40,797 bases of DNA, from contig JAYGDX010000257.1 of assembly GCA_046582655.1 (NCBI GenBank), forward strand, positions 1-40,797. The letters are read 5' to 3'. The DNA comes from Candidatus Poribacteria bacterium. Lineage in GTDB: Bacteria > Poribacteria > WGA-4E > UBA9662. Shown one piece after another: positions 37,420-40,797 of the stretch; position 1 is the stretch's first letter; each line of letters opens with the position of its first letter. The notes below the pieces were generated by a model. The model searched no databases. It saw only the letters and a list, made by a program, of their open reading frames with translations, and was not told the origin of the DNA. Both the position numbers and the translations under genes were made by a program.

Positions 37420-38748
37420 GTGAATAGAAAGCCTCTTTACTTTCATACGTTGTTGTTGTGTTATTTATTTGGTCAATTTTCTTGGGCAGAGACGAAAGAT
37501 TCAGATGCTTTAACAATTATTACCCCACATTGGGAAGGTATTACTAAATCATTCGATCTGGGATTTAAAAGCTGGTACAAGCGACATACCAATAAGGATG
37601 TACAAATAAACTGGTTATCACAAGGCTCCCGTTTTATTGAGCTAGAATTTCAAAGGGTAGATGAAGGCATTGGGATTGATATCTATTTTGGTGGCGGGGT
37701 GGACACTTATATGATGTTTGCAGAAGAAGGGTATTTCACTAGTTACAAGATCTCCCAACACCAATTAGAACAGATGCCTGATCAGATATATGGCATTCCA
37801 ATATATGACTCAGAATATCAATGGTATGCAGCTACTGTATCCAGTTTCGGCATCATGCAAAACGAAGAGTTGCGAAAAAAACTCAATTTACCTAGCGTAG
37901 CTACATGGGAAGACCTAACCTGCTACGAGCTACTAGGCAAGATAGGTGCCGCCGACCCCCGACTGAGTGGAAGTGCGTTAATGATTTATGAAATTATACT
38001 ACAAAAATATGGATGGAAGAATGGATTGGAGATTATTACAAAAATAGGAGCTAACGTCAAAGGATTTTTAAGTGGTTCAAACCTCATTCCCAAACACGTA
38101 GTAAGGGGACAGGTGATATATGGAATGACAATAGACTTCTATGCATACGCGGAAATGGCAAAATTGGGAGACAGAATCAAATATGTTTTACCCTCTGATG
38201 CAGCAGTCATCGCACCAGATTCGATAGGTATACTCAAAGGCGCCCCAAACATTGAAGTTGCCAAGAAATTTATTGACTTTGTGCTCTCTGAATCAGGGCA
38301 GAAATTATGGGTCCTGAGCAATACCGATCCTGAGGGTCCTAAATGGACGAGCCCTCTATATCGACCAACCATTATTCCCGAGCTATACGAAATTTTAGGG
38401 CAACGTTGCATAGTCCCCAACCCTTTCACCCAAAAAATTGTGCCAATTCAGTACGATCCGTTAAAAGGCGGTACTCGTTGGAAACTAGTCCGTGATTTAG
38501 TTGGTGTATTAATCATCGATTTTCATAAGCACCTCGTATCCACATGGAAGCTAATTAATGAATGTTCAATTCCAGAGAAAAGGAAAGCCGCTTTGAATGT
38601 CTTGATTCAGATACCAATAACTGAAGATGAGGCAACAAAGATCAGCATAGATGAATGGGAAGATCAAAATTTAAGGAACCGGAAATTGAAAGAATGGAGT
38701 GATTTCACCAGAAGGAAATTCAGACTTGCCAAAGAATTGATCAGGTAA
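37420..38748 (+). CDS. ABC substrate-binding protein (AfuA/FbpA/TbpA-like)
   Basis: Signal peptide. LTIITPH, DIYFGGG, ADPRLSGS and ILKGAPNIEVAKKFIDFVLSESGQ. Confidence 0.85.
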   Translation: MNRKPLYFHTLLLCYLFGQFSWAETKDSDALTIITPHWEGITKSFDLGFKSWYKRHTNKDVQINWLSQGSRFIELEFQRVDEGIGIDIYFGGGVDTYMMFAEEGYFTSYKISQHQLEQMPDQIYGIPIYDSEYQWYAATVSSFGIMQNEELRKKLNLPSVATWEDLTCYELLGKIGAADPRLSGSALMIYEIILQKYGWKNGLEIITKIGANVKGFLSGSNLIPKHVVRGQVIYGMTIDFYAYAEMAKLGDRIKYVLPSDAAVIAPDSIGILKGAPNIEVAKKFIDFVLSESGQKLWVLSNTDPEGPKWTSPLYRPTIIPELYEILGQRCIVPNPFTQKIVPIQYDPLKGGTRWKLVRDLVGVLIIDFHKHLVSTWKLINECSIPEKRKAALNVLIQIPITEDEATKISIDEWEDQNLRNRKLKEWSDFTRRKFRLAKELIR

Positions 38749-38815
38749 CAACATCTACGCTTCATCGATTAACAATGTGCTGACAAGCCAAAAAATGTTT
38801 GAACGGAGAGACTAA

Positions 38816-40345
38816 TTGCAAGCTTATAAAGGACTTAATGTTTATTATGGTGATTTACATAATCACTGTGGTATATCCTACGGGCATGGAAGTATCGAGG
38901 AAGCTCTTCTGAACGCAAAAGAACAACTTGATTTTTGTTCTGTCACAGGGCATGCCCTGTGGCCTGATATGCCAGAACCGGATGATGAGACACAATATAT
39001 TATTGATTTTCATGAAGAAGGATTTTCGCGTCTAAGACGGCTATGGCCAGAAGTACAACGGATAGTCGAAGAGCAAAACGAAGACGGAAACTTCGTGACT
39101 TTCCTAAGTTTTGAAATGCATTCCTGTGCTGATGGAGACCGTACTATAATTTATAAAGGATCTAAGGGAGAAATTCTGGAAGTGGAAGATTTAGCACAAC
39201 TTCATCAAAGGCTTGGTGAGCTGAAGAGTCAAAACATTTCTGTTATTTCTCTACCACATCACATCGGCTATAAACAGGGACAACGTGGTATTAACTGGAA
39301 AACCTTCGACGAAGAATTCTCACCGGTCGTAGAAATTATATCTATGCATGGTTGCAGTGAAGCTAATGAAAACACTAGGCCTTTCCTACACGTAATGGGG
39401 CCTTCCGATCATGAAAGCACGATGCAATACGGACTCAGCCAAAGTCATTTTTTCGGTGTGGTAGGTTCTACTGATCATCATAGTGCGCATCCCGGCAGTT
39501 ATGGACACGGTCGTACAGGCCTCTGGGCAGGAGAAAAAACCCGAGACGCTATCTGGAATGCCATCTGCAATCGGAGAACTTATGCGTTGACAGGAGATCG
39601 AATTCAATTAAAGTATTCTATCAACAATCAAGCAATGGGATCAAGAATCCAAACCACAGATCAAAGATTAATCGAAGTGCACGTTATAGGTGGTGGACCG
39701 ATCGACTGTATAGATATTGTAAAAAATGGTAATCTTATCCAACGTTTCTCTGAATATAATATAAAAAAGAAATATCAATCTGACATCATTCGTACCAAGT
39801 TATACTTAGAAGTGGGTTGGGGGGAACGAAAGGTAAAAACCGATTGGGACGTGCAGTTTGGTATTTCAGAGGGGCGGATACTTGAAGTCGAACCCCGCTT
39901 CCGAGGACAGGAGGTGGTCTCACCACTAGAGAAAGAGGAAGATTCTCCATCAAACTACTATACCTCACATTGGAAACCGGACGGAGATCTCGGAATTTGT
40001 TTTACAACAACCACTTTTGGAAACCCGAATAACTCGACGAATGCTTCTCAAGGGGTCTGCCTTGACGTTGAAATGCCATCTGGAGCAATAGTAAAATCAG
40101 TCATCAACGGTCAGCAAGTTAATATGCCATTGAGCAGATTAATTGAGGGAGCGCGAACTGGAAGACTTAGAAAGATAGGCAGTGCAGGATACCGATTCAA
40201 CCGGTCTCCACAGCAATGGGAATTTGATTGGAAATGCCAGTTTACAGATACCGTCAAGGAGTATAAAGGCAAGGATATCTATTATGTGCGTGTTCGTCAA
40301 AAGAATGATCAATGGGCTTGGAGTTCACCTATTCAACTTTCGTAA
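38816..40345 (+). CDS. DUF3604 / PHP-type metal-dependent hydrolase
   Basis: YYGDLHNH, LDFCSVTGH, PHHIGY, EIISMHG, GSTDHH, RRTYALTG and YYVRVRQ...AWSSPI. TTG start after GGAG. Confidence 0.85.
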   Translation: MQAYKGLNVYYGDLHNHCGISYGHGSIEEALLNAKEQLDFCSVTGHALWPDMPEPDDETQYIIDFHEEGFSRLRRLWPEVQRIVEEQNEDGNFVTFLSFEMHSCADGDRTIIYKGSKGEILEVEDLAQLHQRLGELKSQNISVISLPHHIGYKQGQRGINWKTFDEEFSPVVEIISMHGCSEANENTRPFLHVMGPSDHESTMQYGLSQSHFFGVVGSTDHHSAHPGSYGHGRTGLWAGEKTRDAIWNAICNRRTYALTGDRIQLKYSINNQAMGSRIQTTDQRLIEVHVIGGGPIDCIDIVKNGNLIQRFSEYNIKKKYQSDIIRTKLYLEVGWGERKVKTDWDVQFGISEGRILEVEPRFRGQEVVSPLEKEEDSPSNYYTSHWKPDGDLGICFTTTTFGNPNNSTNASQGVCLDVEMPSGAIVKSVINGQQVNMPLSRLIEGARTGRLRKIGSAGYRFNRSPQQWEFDWKCQFTDTVKEYKGKDIYYVRVRQKNDQWAWSSPIQLS

Positions 40346-40406
40346 AATGATGGCTCAGAAACCTTTGTAATCATGTGACCAAATGCAAGATCTACTATAA
40401 AAACCC

Positions 40407-40797
40407 TAGGGTCTGTTAACATTCATTCATCGTTAGTGTCTTCTATGGTCATTGGAAGAAAGAACATATGAACAGAAAACTATTGCGAAACGACCAGTGG
40501 GAAGGCATCAAAGATCTTCTGCCAGACAAGGAGGATGACCCTGACGAGACCGGCGGGGACAAGCGATTGTTGATTGAAGTTGTGCTGTGGATTGCACGGA
40601 CAGGGTCACCTTGGCGCGACCTGCTTCCTGCCTTTGGTAACTGGCACAGTGTGTACAGGCGGCACTCCCCTTGGGGCAAAAAAGGGGTTTGGAAACTTTT
40701 GCTGGAACAGGTCTCCGATGATATTGATCTGGAACAACTTCTCCTGGATAGCACAATCATTCGAGTTCATCAGCATGAGCAGGTGCAAAAAAAAGAA
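40407..40797 (+). mobile_element. IS5-family (IS427-like) insertion sequence, left part, degenerate and truncated by the window end
   Basis: A putative left IR GGGTCTGTTAACA follows (C)TA(G). The ORF from the ATG at 40468 reads MNRKLLRNDQWEGIKDLLP...VLWIARTGSPWRDL...FGNWHSVYRR...WGKKGVW...LLLDSTIIRVHQH, followed by GCAGGTGCAAAAAAAAG. Confidence 0.9.

Noticed and set aside
268..40370. Numerous 60-130 aa ORFs nested in or antisense to the called genes
   Set aside because: They have no motifs or RBS and are explained as shadow frames of well-supported genes.
40449..40788. Minus-strand ORFs of 60-103 aa at the right end
   Set aside because: They are antisense shadows of the plus-strand IS5 transposase.
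1..40797. tRNA/rRNA genes, prophage or anti-phage defence island
   Set aside because: No tRNA or rRNA signatures, phage genes or recognisable defence genes were seen. The CPBP 'Abi' label does not imply abortive infection.

Overview
About 41 kb of AT-rich bacterial chromosome. It is most consistent with Candidatus Poribacteria (an inference from a LamG protein ending in AVEPxxKLxTxWGxLK, a T9SS-type C-terminal domain, and PhyH, DUF6785/6784, DUF1549/1553-DUF1501 and DUF3604 genes). Housekeeping genes (guaB, lolA-like, pgsA, thpR, recA, der, waaA, trxA, gpmA) are mixed with carbohydrate and solute uptake genes (a sugar ABC transporter, NhaC-like, DAACS, AI-2E, FetAB-like, and an orphan binding protein). 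The ORF track missed several things. (1) The 3' end of a T9SS-CTD protein lies at 2-67. (2) A decayed GNAT pseudogene lies at about 1290-1655. (3) A heme-motif DUF1549/1553 gene is broken by four +1 insertions. (4) An AMIN plus FGE-sulfatase gene is split at an A10 tract. (5) A 22-bp tandem duplication rewrites the guaB stop. (6) The intergenic 10-mer TTAGTGTCTT occurs four times. (7) An IS5-family element runs off the right end. The best candidates for an uncharacterised system are the short C-terminal 'TxWGxLK' sorting-type motif, the DUF1549/1553-DUF1501 pair and the CPBP protease-UbiA prenyltransferase pair. No rRNA, tRNA or CRISPR array was seen. All family calls come from motif recognition, not database searches.
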